46,950 nucleotides of DNA, taken from the NCBI GenBank assembly GCA_023484045.1, contig JAMDAA010000001.1, positions 1 to 46,950 on the forward strand. The letters are read 5' to 3'. Of the stretch, positions 36,634-45,254 are shown one piece after another. The notes beneath the pieces were generated by a model that saw nothing but the letters and a program-made list of their open reading frames with translations, did not search any database and was not told the DNA's origin. A program made the translations under genes and the position numbers. The stretch comes from Patescibacteria group bacterium (lineage in GTDB: Bacteria; Patescibacteriota; Microgenomatia; Levybacterales; UBA12049). Position 1 is the first letter of the stretch, and each line of letters starts with the position of its first letter.

Positions 36634-37818
36634 ATGGCAGAAGGAAAATTTGAAAGAAAAAAACCACACGTAAATATCGGGACTATCGGTCACGTCGACC
36701 ATGGTAAGACAACCTTAACCGCAGCGATTGCGACTGTTCTTTCTAAGAAGGGAATGGCAACTGCAAAGAAGTACGAAGACATCGACAACGCCCCAGAAGA
36801 AAAAGCAAGAGGAGTCACAATCAATATCACCCATATCGAATACGAAACAGAAAAAAGACACTACGCACACATCGACGCCCCAGGACACGCAGATTACATC
36901 AAAAACATGATTACCGGTGCCGCTCAAATGGACGGCGCGATTTTAGTAGTTTCAGCTCCAGACGGCCCGATGCCACAGACAAGGGAACATATTTTATTGG
37001 CATACCAGGTCGGAGTTCCGGCGATCGTAGTTTTCTTAAATAAATGCGACATGGTTTCTGACGCAGAGCTTTTGGATCTGGTTGAAATGGAAGTTCGAGA
37101 GCTTTTGACAAAATATAAGTATCCCGGAGATAAAGTTACAATTATCAGGGGATCGGCCTTAAAAGCTTTAGAAGGCGATGCGGAAGCAGAAAAACAAATT
37201 TTAGCTCTTATGGACGCGGTTGATAACGATATCCCTACCCCAACAAGAGACACGGATAAGCCATTTTTAATGCCGGTTGAAGATGTTTTTTCGATTAAAG
37301 GACGCGGAACAGTCGTTACCGGAAGAATCGACCGGGGCAAGATTAAAATTAACGATCCTGTCGAAATCGTCGGAATTAAAGCCACAAAACAATCGGTCGT
37401 AACAGGTGTCGAGATGTTCAGAAAGCAATTAGACGACGCGCAGGCGGGCGACAACGTCGGAATTTTACTCCGAGGGGTTGAAAAGGCAGACGTCGAAAGA
37501 GGACAAGTTATCGCAAAGCCAGGAAGCATTACTCCACACAAGGAATTTGAAGCAGAAGTTTATATTTTAGCCAAAGAGGAGGGGGGTCGACACACACCAT
37601 TTTTTACGGGTTACAGGCCCCAATTCTATATTAGAACAACTGATGTGACTGCAGAAGTAGCCCTCCCGAAAGGCGTCGAAATGGTTATGCCGGGAGATAG
37701 CACAAAAATGACGGTAAAACTTATTTCCCCGATCGCACTCGAAGAAGGTTTGAGATTCGCTATCCGCGAAGGCGGAAAAACAGTCGGAGCAGGAGTAATC
37801 TCAAAAATAATCGCCTAG
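36634..37818 (+). CDS. tuf: elongation factor Tu
   Basis: [29 protein letters not shown]. Confidence 0.99.
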   Translation: MAEGKFERKKPHVNIGTIGHVDHGKTTLTAAIATVLSKKGMATAKKYEDIDNAPEEKARGVTINITHIEYETEKRHYAHIDAPGHADYIKNMITGAAQMDGAILVVSAPDGPMPQTREHILLAYQVGVPAIVVFLNKCDMVSDAELLDLVEMEVRELLTKYKYPGDKVTIIRGSALKALEGDAEAEKQILALMDAVDNDIPTPTRDTDKPFLMPVEDVFSIKGRGTVVTGRIDRGKIKINDPVEIVGIKATKQSVVTGVEMFRKQLDDAQAGDNVGILLRGVEKADVERGQVIAKPGSITPHKEFEAEVYILAKEEGGRHTPFFTGYRPQFYIRTTDVTAEVALPKGVEMVMPGDSTKMTVKLISPIALEEGLRFAIREGGKTVGAGVISKIIA

Positions 37819-37849
37819 CACCTTATCAAACTGGTGTTTTTTTAAACTC

Positions 37850-38158
37850 ATGCCTAAAGGAAGAATTAGAGTACGTTTAAAAAGTTATGACGCGAGAATC
37901 ATCGATTCTTGCTGTCAGCAAATCTTAGATACGGCAATAAGAACCGGAGCTAAGGTCGTAGGTCCGATTCCCCTGCCGACTCAACGGAGTGTTTACGCCA
38001 TTAATAAATCTCCTTTTATAGATAAGGATGCTAGAGACCACTTTGAAATTAGAATTCACAAAAGACTTATAGACATTGTTTCGCCGACTGACAAGACGAT
38101 CGACAGCCTTACTCATTTGGAATTACCGGCTGGAGTAGACATTGAGATAAAAATGTAG
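37850..38158 (+). CDS. rpsJ: 30S ribosomal protein S10
   Basis: IRVRLKSYD, GPIPLPT, HKRLIDI. Confidence 0.98.
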   Translation: MPKGRIRVRLKSYDARIIDSCCQQILDTAIRTGAKVVGPIPLPTQRSVYAINKSPFIDKDARDHFEIRIHKRLIDIVSPTDKTIDSLTHLELPAGVDIEIKM

Positions 38159-38330
38159 ACTTCTTTTTCTTTCGCTTGGGAATACGCTTTTTCTTGTCAC
38201 CGCGCCTAGTTTTGTTAGTCCAGATGGTGCCTAATAATTAGTCGCTTTTTTTGTTTTTATAATAAATTATTTACTATCATTCGTTCCGGCGAAAAAACGT
38301 ACTCCTCGCTTAGTAAAATTTTTGAATAGC

Positions 38331-38359
38331 TTGCATTCGATTTCTAAATATTATACAAT
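38331..38359 (+). promoter_or_regulatory. internal promoter upstream of rplC
   Basis: TTGCAT (38331-38336), 17 nt, TACAAT (38354-38359). Confidence 0.6.
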
Positions 38360-38424
38360 GTGATGAATATATGGAGGTGGTTTAAAGCCTAGAACCTTAA
38401 AGCTCACAAGGGTTTAAAAATAAT

Positions 38425-38450
38425 AGGTAGCCAAGTGGGCTACCTTTTTT
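38425..38450 (+). terminator. intrinsic-terminator-like hairpin in the rplC leader
   Basis: aggtagcc-aagtg-ggctacct followed by ttttt, 10 nt before the rplC ATG. Confidence 0.55.
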
Positions 38451-38460
38451 GTTGGGACGT

Positions 38461-39171
38461 ATGATAAACGCAATTATTGGACAAAAAATCGATCAAACAC
38501 ATCGCTTTTTAGAGGATGGAAAAAGAATTCCGGTAACGGAAGTTTTTCTTATGGATAATCCGATTACCGCGATTAAAACTAAAGAAAAGAACGGCTACAA
38601 CGCCGTTCAAATCGGTTTTGGGAGCAAAAAACATTCAAATAAATCGGTTTTGGGAAACGTAAAAGGAGCGGGTTTAAAAACTGCTCCTTTACTTTTAAGG
38701 GAAGTAAGAGTTAGTGAAGAAGATGTTCTGAATATAAAACCGGGGGATTTAATTAAAGTCTTGGATGTTTTAAAGCCGGGAGATATTATCGATGTTTCGG
38801 GTGTTTCTAAAGGTAAAGGGTTTGCGGGCGGGGTTAAAAGATATCATTTTAAGGGAGGACCGAGGACCCATGGTCAATCAGACCGGGAAAGAGCGCCGGG
38901 ATCGATCGGACAATCGACTACTCCGGGAAGAGTATATAAGGGTAAGAGAATGGCAGGAAAAATGGGTGCCGAAAATGTCACAGTTAAAAATTTGCAGGTC
39001 GTTGGTGTATTAGAAAATAAGGTTTTAATCAAAGGACTAATTCCCGGATTCAAAAACAGTTTTGTAGTAATCAAAAAAACAGGAGAAGCTAAGAAATTCA
39101 TTCCTCTTTATAAAGAAGAGTCAAAAGAGATAAAAACAGAAATTCAGGAGGAAAAAAATGCCGATAAATAA
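38461..39171 (+). CDS. rplC: 50S ribosomal protein L3
   Basis: GYNAVQIGF, SKGKGFAGGVKR, HGQSDRERAPGSIG; start at ATG 38461. Confidence 0.98.
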   Translation: MINAIIGQKIDQTHRFLEDGKRIPVTEVFLMDNPITAIKTKEKNGYNAVQIGFGSKKHSNKSVLGNVKGAGLKTAPLLLREVRVSEEDVLNIKPGDLIKVLDVLKPGDIIDVSGVSKGKGFAGGVKRYHFKGGPRTHGQSDRERAPGSIGQSTTPGRVYKGKRMAGKMGAENVTVKNLQVVGVLENKVLIKGLIPGFKNSFVVIKKTGEAKKFIPLYKEESKEIKTEIQEEKNADK

Positions 39172-39937
39172 AATCAAAGATCAAAGTGCAAAGCTCAAAA
39201 CCAAAGTGCAAAGCTCAAAACCTAGAACAGGAGGAACGGTAAAAACGGTTCGGTCATCTGCTTTAAAAACAGCTAAGAAACCAGCTGTTCAAAGAGTTAG
39301 TGGATTACAGATCGAGGTTTTTGACATAAAAGGTAAAGTTGTCAAAAAGATTAGTTTGTCTAAAGAAATTTTTGGGGTAAAAGTAAATAGGCAGCTTCTT
39401 TCGCAAGCCGTACGAGTATATTTAGCTAATCAAAGAGAAGGTACAGCATCGACCAAAACGCGCGGAGAAGTAAGAGGGTCGACCAGAAAGATTTACAAGC
39501 AAAAAGGGACCGGAAGGGCAAGACACGGTGCGATTCGCGCCCCGATTTTTGTTCACGGAGGAATCGTTTTTGGTCCAAAACCCAGAGATTATTCTTTAAA
39601 GCTTACTAAAAAAATGAGAAAAGCGGCATTATCTTCGGCATTGTCTTTAATGTATAAAAACAACGAAATAAAAATTTTGTCAGGACTTGGCGGTATAAAA
39701 CCAAAAACTAAAGAAATAGCAGGTGTTATTAAAAATTTGGGTCTTGATACTAAAAAAACCGATACTATTTTGATTTTGCCGGGCAAGGTCGAAAATGTTT
39801 ACAGGGCGGCAAGAAACATAGAAGGATTAGACATTACTTACGCGAATCAATTAAATGCGTATGAAATATTAGCGAGCAAGATGCTCCTTTTAATGGACGA
39901 ATCGATGCCTGTAATCGAAAAACATTTTGAAAGGTGA
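39158..39937 (+). CDS. rplD: 50S ribosomal protein L4 with about 45-aa N-terminal extension
   Basis: TKTRGEVRG...QKGTGRARHG...GGIVFGPKPR. Confidence 0.97.
   Translation: MPINKIKDQSAKLKTKVQSSKPRTGGTVKTVRSSALKTAKKPAVQRVSGLQIEVFDIKGKVVKKISLSKEIFGVKVNRQLLSQAVRVYLANQREGTASTKTRGEVRGSTRKIYKQKGTGRARHGAIRAPIFVHGGIVFGPKPRDYSLKLTKKMRKAALSSALSLMYKNNEIKILSGLGGIKPKTKEIAGVIKNLGLDTKKTDTILILPGKVENVYRAARNIEGLDITYANQLNAYEILASKMLLLMDESMPVIEKHFER
39182..39221 (+). repeat. 20-bp tandem duplication within the rplD 5' end
   Basis: caaagtgcaaagctcaaaac twice, embedded in (t/g/c)caaa units spaced about 7 nt. Confidence 0.85.
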
Positions 39938-39945
39938 GAATAATT

Positions 39946-40239
39946 ATGGATTTACAAAATATTTTAATAAGACCGATCGTTACTGAAAAATCGATGGCAG
40001 ACGCGGGAACTGGTAAATTTACGTTCGAAGTAGCAAAAGAAGCGGATAAAGGGATGATTAAGAAAGCGGTTGAAAATAAATTTAAGGTAAATGTCGTTTC
40101 TGTTTCGACGAGTATTGTTAAGGGCAAGAAAAAGAGGCAAGGAAATCGGAGAAAAGAAGTTTTGGGATCATCTTGGAAAAAAGCGATAGTAAGACTTAAA
40201 ACGGGTGAAAAAATCGGTCTTTTTGAGACCGTAAAATAA
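39946..40239 (+). CDS. rplW: 50S ribosomal protein L23
   Basis: ILIRPIVTEKS, WKKAIVRL; ATG start preferred over GTG 39934. Confidence 0.96.
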   Translation: MDLQNILIRPIVTEKSMADAGTGKFTFEVAKEADKGMIKKAVENKFKVNVVSVSTSIVKGKKKRQGNRRKEVLGSSWKKAIVRLKTGEKIGLFETVK

Positions 40240-40260
40240 TCCTTCGGCAAGGCTCAGGAT
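40239..40260. repeat. short palindromic repeat (ttcgacaagctca family)
   Basis: atccttcggcaaggctcaggat between rplW and rplB. Confidence 0.7.
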
Positions 40261-40267
40261 AAAATAT

Positions 40268-41011
40268 ATGAAAAAATTAAAGATAATTAAGAAAAAAAAT
40301 TCAGGTCGGGATAATTCAGGTCAGGTTGTTGTACGCCATCAGGGAGGCCAACATAAAAGATATTTGAGGACTATTGATTTTAGACGCGATAAGCTTGGAG
40401 TTTCGGGAAGAGTTGTATCGATCGAATACGATCCGAATAGAAGTGCTGATATAGCGCTTGTTCAATACGCAGACGGTGAAAAAAGGTATATTTTAAAACC
40501 GGAAGGATTGAAGCTAAATACTGTTATCGTTTCGGGTAAAATAGATATCGATCCAAAAATCGGAAACGCGATGCCGCTTGAGCTTATGCCGCTTGGCACT
40601 ATTGTTCATAGTGTTGAATTAACACCGGGTAAGGGTGCTCAGCTTGCGCGAAGCGCCGGAACATCGGCTGTTGTTACAGCTAAAGAAGAAGGCATGGTGC
40701 ATTTAAAACTTCCCTCGGGAGAAATGCGGAGGGTAAGAGTAGGATGTTTTGCGACGGTCGGACAACTTGGTAATATAGAATGGAAAAACGAAGTTTTTGG
40801 AACAGCGGGCCGCAAGGTAAGAATGGGAATTAGGCCATCTGTTCGCGGAGTTGCGCAAAACCCAAGATCTCATCCTCACGGAGGAGGAGAAGGTAGAAGC
40901 GGTATCGGAATGTCCACACCAAAAACTTTTTATGGGAGACCGGCTGTTGGAAAAACGCGAAAAAAGGGTAAATATTCAGATAAATATATTATTACAAGGA
41001 GGAAAAAATAG
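40268..41011 (+). CDS. rplB: 50S ribosomal protein L2
   Basis: [33 protein letters not shown]. Confidence 0.98.
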   Translation: MKKLKIIKKKNSGRDNSGQVVVRHQGGQHKRYLRTIDFRRDKLGVSGRVVSIEYDPNRSADIALVQYADGEKRYILKPEGLKLNTVIVSGKIDIDPKIGNAMPLELMPLGTIVHSVELTPGKGAQLARSAGTSAVVTAKEEGMVHLKLPSGEMRRVRVGCFATVGQLGNIEWKNEVFGTAGRKVRMGIRPSVRGVAQNPRSHPHGGGEGRSGIGMSTPKTFYGRPAVGKTRKKGKYSDKYIITRRKK

Positions 41012-41295
41012 TGAGCAGATCAACAAAAAAAGGACCATACATAGATAAGAAATTAATGAAAAAAGTTATGATGCAAAAACAGAGTGGAGATAAAACGCCG
41101 ATTAAAACGTGGAAACGGTCGAGTCAGATTCCGCCGGAATTTGTGGGTCACACGTTTATGGTTCATAACGGCCGGAATTTTATTAATGTTTTTGTTGTTG
41201 AAGCAATGGTTGGGTATCGCTTGGGTGAATTTTCACCGACCAGAACATTTAGAAGTCACGGAAGAGTAGTCGCAAGAGAAATTTCAAAGACTTAA
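41011..41295 (+). CDS. rpsS: 30S ribosomal protein S19
   Basis: [26 protein letters not shown]; GTG start overlaps the rplB stop. Confidence 0.98.
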   Translation: MSRSTKKGPYIDKKLMKKVMMQKQSGDKTPIKTWKRSSQIPPEFVGHTFMVHNGRNFINVFVVEAMVGYRLGEFSPTRTFRSHGRVVAREISKT

Positions 41296-41299
41296 AAAT

Positions 41300-41683
41300 A
41301 TGGAAATTGTAGCTAGAAGTAAATCAGTAAGAATATCTCCTCGAAAAATAAGATTAGTCGCATCGGCGATTAAGAATATTTCGGTCGAAAAAGCATTAAT
41401 TTTACTTTCGACAGTGGAGAAAAGAGCTGCGATCGATATAGAAAAAACCTTAAAGAGCGCGGTCGCAAACGCGGTACACAACGGAAAACTTAATAAGAAC
41501 ACGCTTCTGGTTGATCGGATCGAAGTCAATGAGGGGCCGACGCTTAAAAGATTTCGGCCTTCGACAAGGGGTCGCGTTCATCCGTATAAAAAAAGAAGTA
41601 GTCACATAATGGTTGTCCTTCGTCCGGCAAAGCCGGATCAGGACAAGTTGTTAAAGGAGGTCAAAAATGGGACAAAAAGTTAA
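41300..41683 (+). CDS. rplV: 50S ribosomal protein L22
   Basis: RISPRKIRLV, SAVANA, RFRPSTRGR, KRSSHI. Confidence 0.97.
   Translation: MEIVARSKSVRISPRKIRLVASAIKNISVEKALILLSTVEKRAAIDIEKTLKSAVANAVHNGKLNKNTLLVDRIEVNEGPTLKRFRPSTRGRVHPYKKRSSHIMVVLRPAKPDQDKLLKEVKNGTKS
41617..41647 (+). repeat. short palindromic repeat translated within the rplV 3' end
   Basis: ccttcgtccggcaaagccggatcaggacaag; near-identical to 1882-1913. Confidence 0.75.
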
Positions 41684-42314
41684 TCCACAAATCTTAAGAC
41701 TTGGAACAATTTATAACTGGAGTAGCGTCTGGTTCGCTAAAAAAAGATATAAAGATCTTCTTTTAGAAGATTATAAAATCAGGAAAGCATTGATGGATAG
41801 GTTATCACACGCAGGCGTAGCAAAAATTGAAATCGAACGGTCGATAAATAGCCTGAGAATTACAGCGTACGTGTCGCGACCGGGAATCGTGATCGGGAAA
41901 TCCGGTGCGGGATTAGAAGAGCTCGAAAAATTCTTATTAACAGTTTTACCATTTAAAAAAGAGGGCAAGAATAATCCGAAAATCGATATTAGGGTAGAGC
42001 AGGTAAAAGAACCAAATTTAGATGCGTATTTAGTCGCAAAAAATATTTCGGACCAATTGATTAGAAGGGTAAGACACAAAAAAGTTATGATGCAAACGGT
42101 CGAAAAAGTTATGGGTGCAGGCGCCAAAGGAGTAAAAATCGTTTTATCAGGAAGAATCGCGGGCGCAGAAATCGGAAGACGGGAAAAGGCGCAAAGGGGT
42201 ACTGTTCCCCTGTCAACAATTCGGGAACACATAAATTTTGCGAGTGTTCCGTCTTTAACAAAAAAAGGTTATATCGGAGTAAAGGTCTGGATAAATAAAC
42301 CAGAAGGGAAATAA
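41667..42314 (+). CDS. rpsC: 30S ribosomal protein S3
   Basis: MGQKVNP, RPGIVIGKSG, SGRIAGAEIGR. Confidence 0.98.
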   Translation: MGQKVNPQILRLGTIYNWSSVWFAKKRYKDLLLEDYKIRKALMDRLSHAGVAKIEIERSINSLRITAYVSRPGIVIGKSGAGLEELEKFLLTVLPFKKEGKNNPKIDIRVEQVKEPNLDAYLVAKNISDQLIRRVRHKKVMMQTVEKVMGAGAKGVKIVLSGRIAGAEIGRREKAQRGTVPLSTIREHINFASVPSLTKKGYIGVKVWINKPEGK

Positions 42315-42324
42315 AAATGAATAG

Positions 42325-42445
42325 TAATTTGCTGAGGTCGATAACGAAAATTTTCTTGGATCGCAGACGGATAAAGCTCATTCTTTTCATCAAATCTTCG
42401 GCCGTAGTGCGACCAGCGAAAATTTTGTTATCTCCCCGCAAATTA
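42325..42445. repeat. about 120-nt imperfect inverted repeat between rpsC and rplP
   Basis: taatttgc/gcaaatta, gataac/gttatc, aaaatttt/aaaatttt, tggatcgca/tgcgacca and acgg/ccgt nested arms. Confidence 0.75.
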
Positions 42446-42456
42446 TATGGAGGTTT

Positions 42457-42864
42457 ATGTTAGTTCCAAGAAGAGCAAAATACAGAAAACAACACAGGGG
42501 TACGATGAAGGGAAACGCGCATGCTGGTACACGGATATCGTTTGGCGAGTTTGGATTAAGTTCAATGAGTACGGGTTGGGTTACGAGCCGCCAGATCGAA
42601 GCCGCAAGACGCGCGATCACGCATTTTACGCAAAGAGGCGGAAGAGTTTGGATCAGAATTTTTCCTGACAAACCGATTACAAAAAAACCTGCAGAAACGA
42701 GAATGGGAAGCGGGAAAGGTGATGTTTATGAATATGTCGTGACGATTAAACCCGGAAGAATGTTATTTGAAATGGGAGGAGTAACTAAAGATATAGCGTT
42801 TGAAGCTTTAAGACTGGCATCACATAAATTGCCGGTTAAAACAAGAATTGTTGAGAAAAGATAA
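42457..42864 (+). CDS. rplP: 50S ribosomal protein L16
   Basis: [25 protein letters not shown]; SD ggagg upstream. Confidence 0.98.
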   Translation: MLVPRRAKYRKQHRGTMKGNAHAGTRISFGEFGLSSMSTGWVTSRQIEAARRAITHFTQRGGRVWIRIFPDKPITKKPAETRMGSGKGDVYEYVVTIKPGRMLFEMGGVTKDIAFEALRLASHKLPVKTRIVEKR

Positions 42865-42866
42865 TC

Positions 42867-43073
42867 ATGAAAACAAAAGACAAAAAAGAAATGTTTACAA
42901 AAAAGATTCCGGAATTAAAAGTGCTTCTTAAAGAAGCAAAGGACGCGTTGTTTAATTTAAAAATGGATCACGCGCAAAAAAAACTCAAAAACACGAAGTT
43001 GATTTTTGGAAAAAGAAAAGAGATCGCGAGAATTATGACAGCGATCAGAGAAGTAGAATTTACAAGCAAATAA
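42867..43073 (+). CDS. rpmC: 50S ribosomal protein L29
   Basis: position in the operon; LFNLKM...LKNT...RKEIARIMT. Confidence 0.92.
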   Translation: MKTKDKKEMFTKKIPELKVLLKEAKDALFNLKMDHAQKKLKNTKLIFGKRKEIARIMTAIREVEFTSK

Positions 43074-43074
43074 A

Positions 43075-43122
43075 TATGACCCTTCGATAAACTCAGGGTC
43101 ATAGTGAGGTATTCGAACTATG
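43075..43122. repeat. two abutting short palindromic repeats supplying the rpsQ start codon
   Basis: tatgacccttcgataaactcagggtcata plus catagtgaggtattcgaactatg. Confidence 0.8.
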
Positions 43123-43347
43123 AAAATATTAGAAGGAATAGTATTATCGGTAAAAAAACAGAACACTGTGATTGTCGAAGTTACAAGAAGAAAGCCTCAC
43201 CCTTTGTATAAAAAACTTATGAAGGTGAGTAAAAAATATAAAGCCGACACCGCGGGATTAAAGGTTGAACCTTTAAATAGGGTTAGAATCGGAGAAACGA
43301 GACCGATTTCCAAAGATAAACATTTTAAAATAATTAAAATTTTATGA
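43120..43347 (+). CDS. rpsQ: 30S ribosomal protein S17
   Basis: HPLYKK, ETRPISKDKHF. Confidence 0.97.
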   Translation: MKILEGIVLSVKKQNTVIVEVTRRKPHPLYKKLMKVSKKYKADTAGLKVEPLNRVRIGETRPISKDKHFKIIKIL

Positions 43348-43390
43348 TCCTGAGCTTGTCGAAGGATCATAGTGAGGTATTCGAACTATG
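43343..43390. repeat. two abutting short palindromic repeats supplying the rplN start codon
   Basis: tatgatcctgagcttgtcgaaggatcata plus catagtgaggtattcgaactatg (43367-43391 identical to 43099-43123). Confidence 0.8.
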
Positions 43391-43762
43391 ATACAACACA
43401 GAAGTATTTTAAAAGTTGCGGACAATTCGGGCGCAAAATCGCTTTCGGTTATTCATATTTTTGGCGGGTCAAAGAGAAGATATGGGTTTTTAGGCGATGT
43501 GTTAAATTGCGTTGTTAAAGAAGCGTCTCCCATAGGGCAAGTAAAGAACGGAGAGATTGTTAAAGTTATTTTGGTTCGAACACGAAAAGAACACGGGAGA
43601 TCTGACGGTTCATATATTAGGTTTTCGGACAATGCCGGTGTTATAATAGACAATCCGAAAGACAAAAATCCGAAAGCGACGAGGATTTTTGGACCGATTG
43701 CCAGAGAAGTTAAAGACAAAGGTTTTAATAAAATCGCGAGTATGGCGGAGGAGGTTTTATAA
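43388..43762 (+). CDS. rplN: 50S ribosomal protein L14
   Basis: [26 protein letters not shown]. Confidence 0.98.
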   Translation: MIQHRSILKVADNSGAKSLSVIHIFGGSKRRYGFLGDVLNCVVKEASPIGQVKNGEIVKVILVRTRKEHGRSDGSYIRFSDNAGVIIDNPKDKNPKATRIFGPIAREVKDKGFNKIASMAEEVL

Positions 43763-44067
43763 TGAAATTACGAAAGGGTGATGAAGTTAAAATAGTTTCG
43801 GGAAAAGATAAAGGAAAGACGGGAAAAATCGATAAGATTTTACTTAAAGTTAATAAAGTTTTGATTACGGGAGTAAATCAATATAAAAAACATATGAAGT
43901 CAAGATCTCAAAAACAAAAATCGGAAATTATTACAATCACAAAGCCGTTACCCGTTTCAAATGTTCAACTGATGTGTCCGAAGTGTCACGCGATAACAAG
44001 AGTCGGTTTTACAAGTGATGCCGATAAAAAAGTCAGGGTTTGCGCTAAATGTGATCAACAGATATAA
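43762..44067 (+). CDS. rplX: 50S ribosomal protein L24
   Basis: KOW motif KGDEVKIVSGKDKGKTG, SNVQL, CPKC...C. Confidence 0.97.
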   Translation: MKLRKGDEVKIVSGKDKGKTGKIDKILLKVNKVLITGVNQYKKHMKSRSQKQKSEIITITKPLPVSNVQLMCPKCHAITRVGFTSDADKKVRVCAKCDQQI

Positions 44068-44070
44068 AAA

Positions 44071-44637
44071 ATGAAAAGTAATAATAATTTAGAAGAAAAA
44101 TTTAAAAAAGAAATCGTGAAGAGCTTGCAGGAAGAACTTGGGATTAAAAATCCGATGGCAGTGCCTAAAATTACAAGAATCGTCGTCAACATGGGAGTTA
44201 AAGACGCGATCGCGGACAAAAAGAATATAGAAAAAGCGTCTGGTATTCTTGCTCAGATAACAGGACAAAAACCAAAAGTTACAAAAGCAAAAACATCGAT
44301 TGCAGCGTTTAAATTAAGGGAAGGACAGGAAATCGGACTTATGGTAACATTACGCGGTAAAAGAATGTATGATTTTTTTGAAAAATTAGTCGATATCGTT
44401 TTACCAAGACTCAGAGATTTTCACGGGGTCAGAAAAACGAGTTTTGACGGACACGGAAATTATTCGCTCGGATTTTCTGAATTTACGGTTTTTCCCGAGA
44501 TCGATCAGGGAAAAGTGGAAAGAGTTCAGGGTTTGGAAATAAATATTGTTACAACGGCAAAAAATAACAAAAACGGATTTGTATTACTTGAGGCACTTGG
44601 AATGCCGTTTGAAAAGAAAGGTGAGGTTAAAAAATAA
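44071..44637 (+). CDS. rplE: 50S ribosomal protein L5
   Basis: VPKITRIVVNMG, SIAAFKLREG, LPRLRDFHG. Confidence 0.98.
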   Translation: MKSNNNLEEKFKKEIVKSLQEELGIKNPMAVPKITRIVVNMGVKDAIADKKNIEKASGILAQITGQKPKVTKAKTSIAAFKLREGQEIGLMVTLRGKRMYDFFEKLVDIVLPRLRDFHGVRKTSFDGHGNYSLGFSEFTVFPEIDQGKVERVQGLEINIVTTAKNNKNGFVLLEALGMPFEKKGEVKK

Positions 44638-44640
44638 AGT

Positions 44641-44826
44641 ATGGCAAAAGTTTCGAGTATAGTTAAATTCAAAAAGAAACAGAAATTTACCGTTCGGGAG
44701 AAAAACCGATGCAATCTTTGCGGGAGATCACGAGGTTATATGCGGCGTTTCGGAGTGTGCAGAATGTGTTTCAGGGAACTCGCGATGAAAGGAGAATTGC
44801 CAGGAGTGGTTAAATCCAGCTGGTAG
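44641..44826 (+). CDS. rpsN: 30S ribosomal protein S14, zinc-binding (type Z)
   Basis: 61 aa; RCNLCGR...CRMCFR four-Cys motif; LPGVVKSSW. Confidence 0.97.
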   Translation: MAKVSSIVKFKKKQKFTVREKNRCNLCGRSRGYMRRFGVCRMCFRELAMKGELPGVVKSSW

Positions 44827-44846
44827 TTTGGGTAAAACTCACTATG
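44822..44846. repeat. degenerate short palindromic repeat overlapping the rpsN stop and rpsH start
   Basis: ggtagtttgggtaaaactcactatg, variant of 45232-45254. Confidence 0.6.
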
Positions 44847-45236
44847 AATTATCAAGTTTCAGATTTTGTTATAAGACTTAAAAACGCTTGTTTAGCAAAA
44901 AAAAGAGAAATTACGACACCTTACACAAAGATTGGCAAGGCGATCGGTGATGTTTTGGTAAAAGAAAAATATTTAGATAGTTTAAGACAGGAAATAGTTG
45001 ATGGTAAAAAATTTTTAAAAGCGAAAATAAGGTACGAGAAAAGAAGACCGGTTTTGAGTGAAGTAATGATTATTTCAAAACCATCACTTAGAATTTATAT
45101 ACAGGCTAAAAAAGAAACGAAGAGAAAAAACAAAAATATGGGAATTTCAGTTGTTTCAACAAACTTAGGGATCATGACGGAAAAGGAGGCAAAGCTTAAA
45201 GGAGTCGGAGGAGAACTTCTCTTTACTCTTTGGTAG
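44844..45236 (+). CDS. rpsH: 30S ribosomal protein S8
   Basis: SDFVIRLKNA, ISKPSLRIY, VSTNLGIMT, GVGGEL. Confidence 0.97.
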   Translation: MNYQVSDFVIRLKNACLAKKREITTPYTKIGKAIGDVLVKEKYLDSLRQEIVDGKKFLKAKIRYEKRRPVLSEVMIISKPSLRIYIQAKKETKRKNKNMGISVVSTNLGIMTEKEAKLKGVGGELLFTLW

Positions 45237-45254
45237 TTCGACAAGCTCACTATG
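45232..45254. repeat. short palindromic repeat overlapping the rpsH stop and rplF start
   Basis: ggtagttcgacaagctcactatg. Confidence 0.8.

Noticed and set aside
36924-37541. Long antisense ORFs opposite tuf, ftsK (6290-6925), rpsC (41771-42232) and rplF/rpsH (45095-45745)
   Set aside because: Typical antisense shadows of highly expressed genes; no motifs, promoters or plausible composition.
38080-38240. Minus-strand basic frame (...RRGDKKKRIPKRKKKK...) downstream of rpsJ
   Set aside because: No start codon after the upstream stop; it is a by-product of the T-rich plus strand.
43075-43391. Repeats around rpsQ as a mini CRISPR array
   Set aside because: Only two identical 25-mers separated by a ribosomal protein gene; no spacer series and no cas genes.
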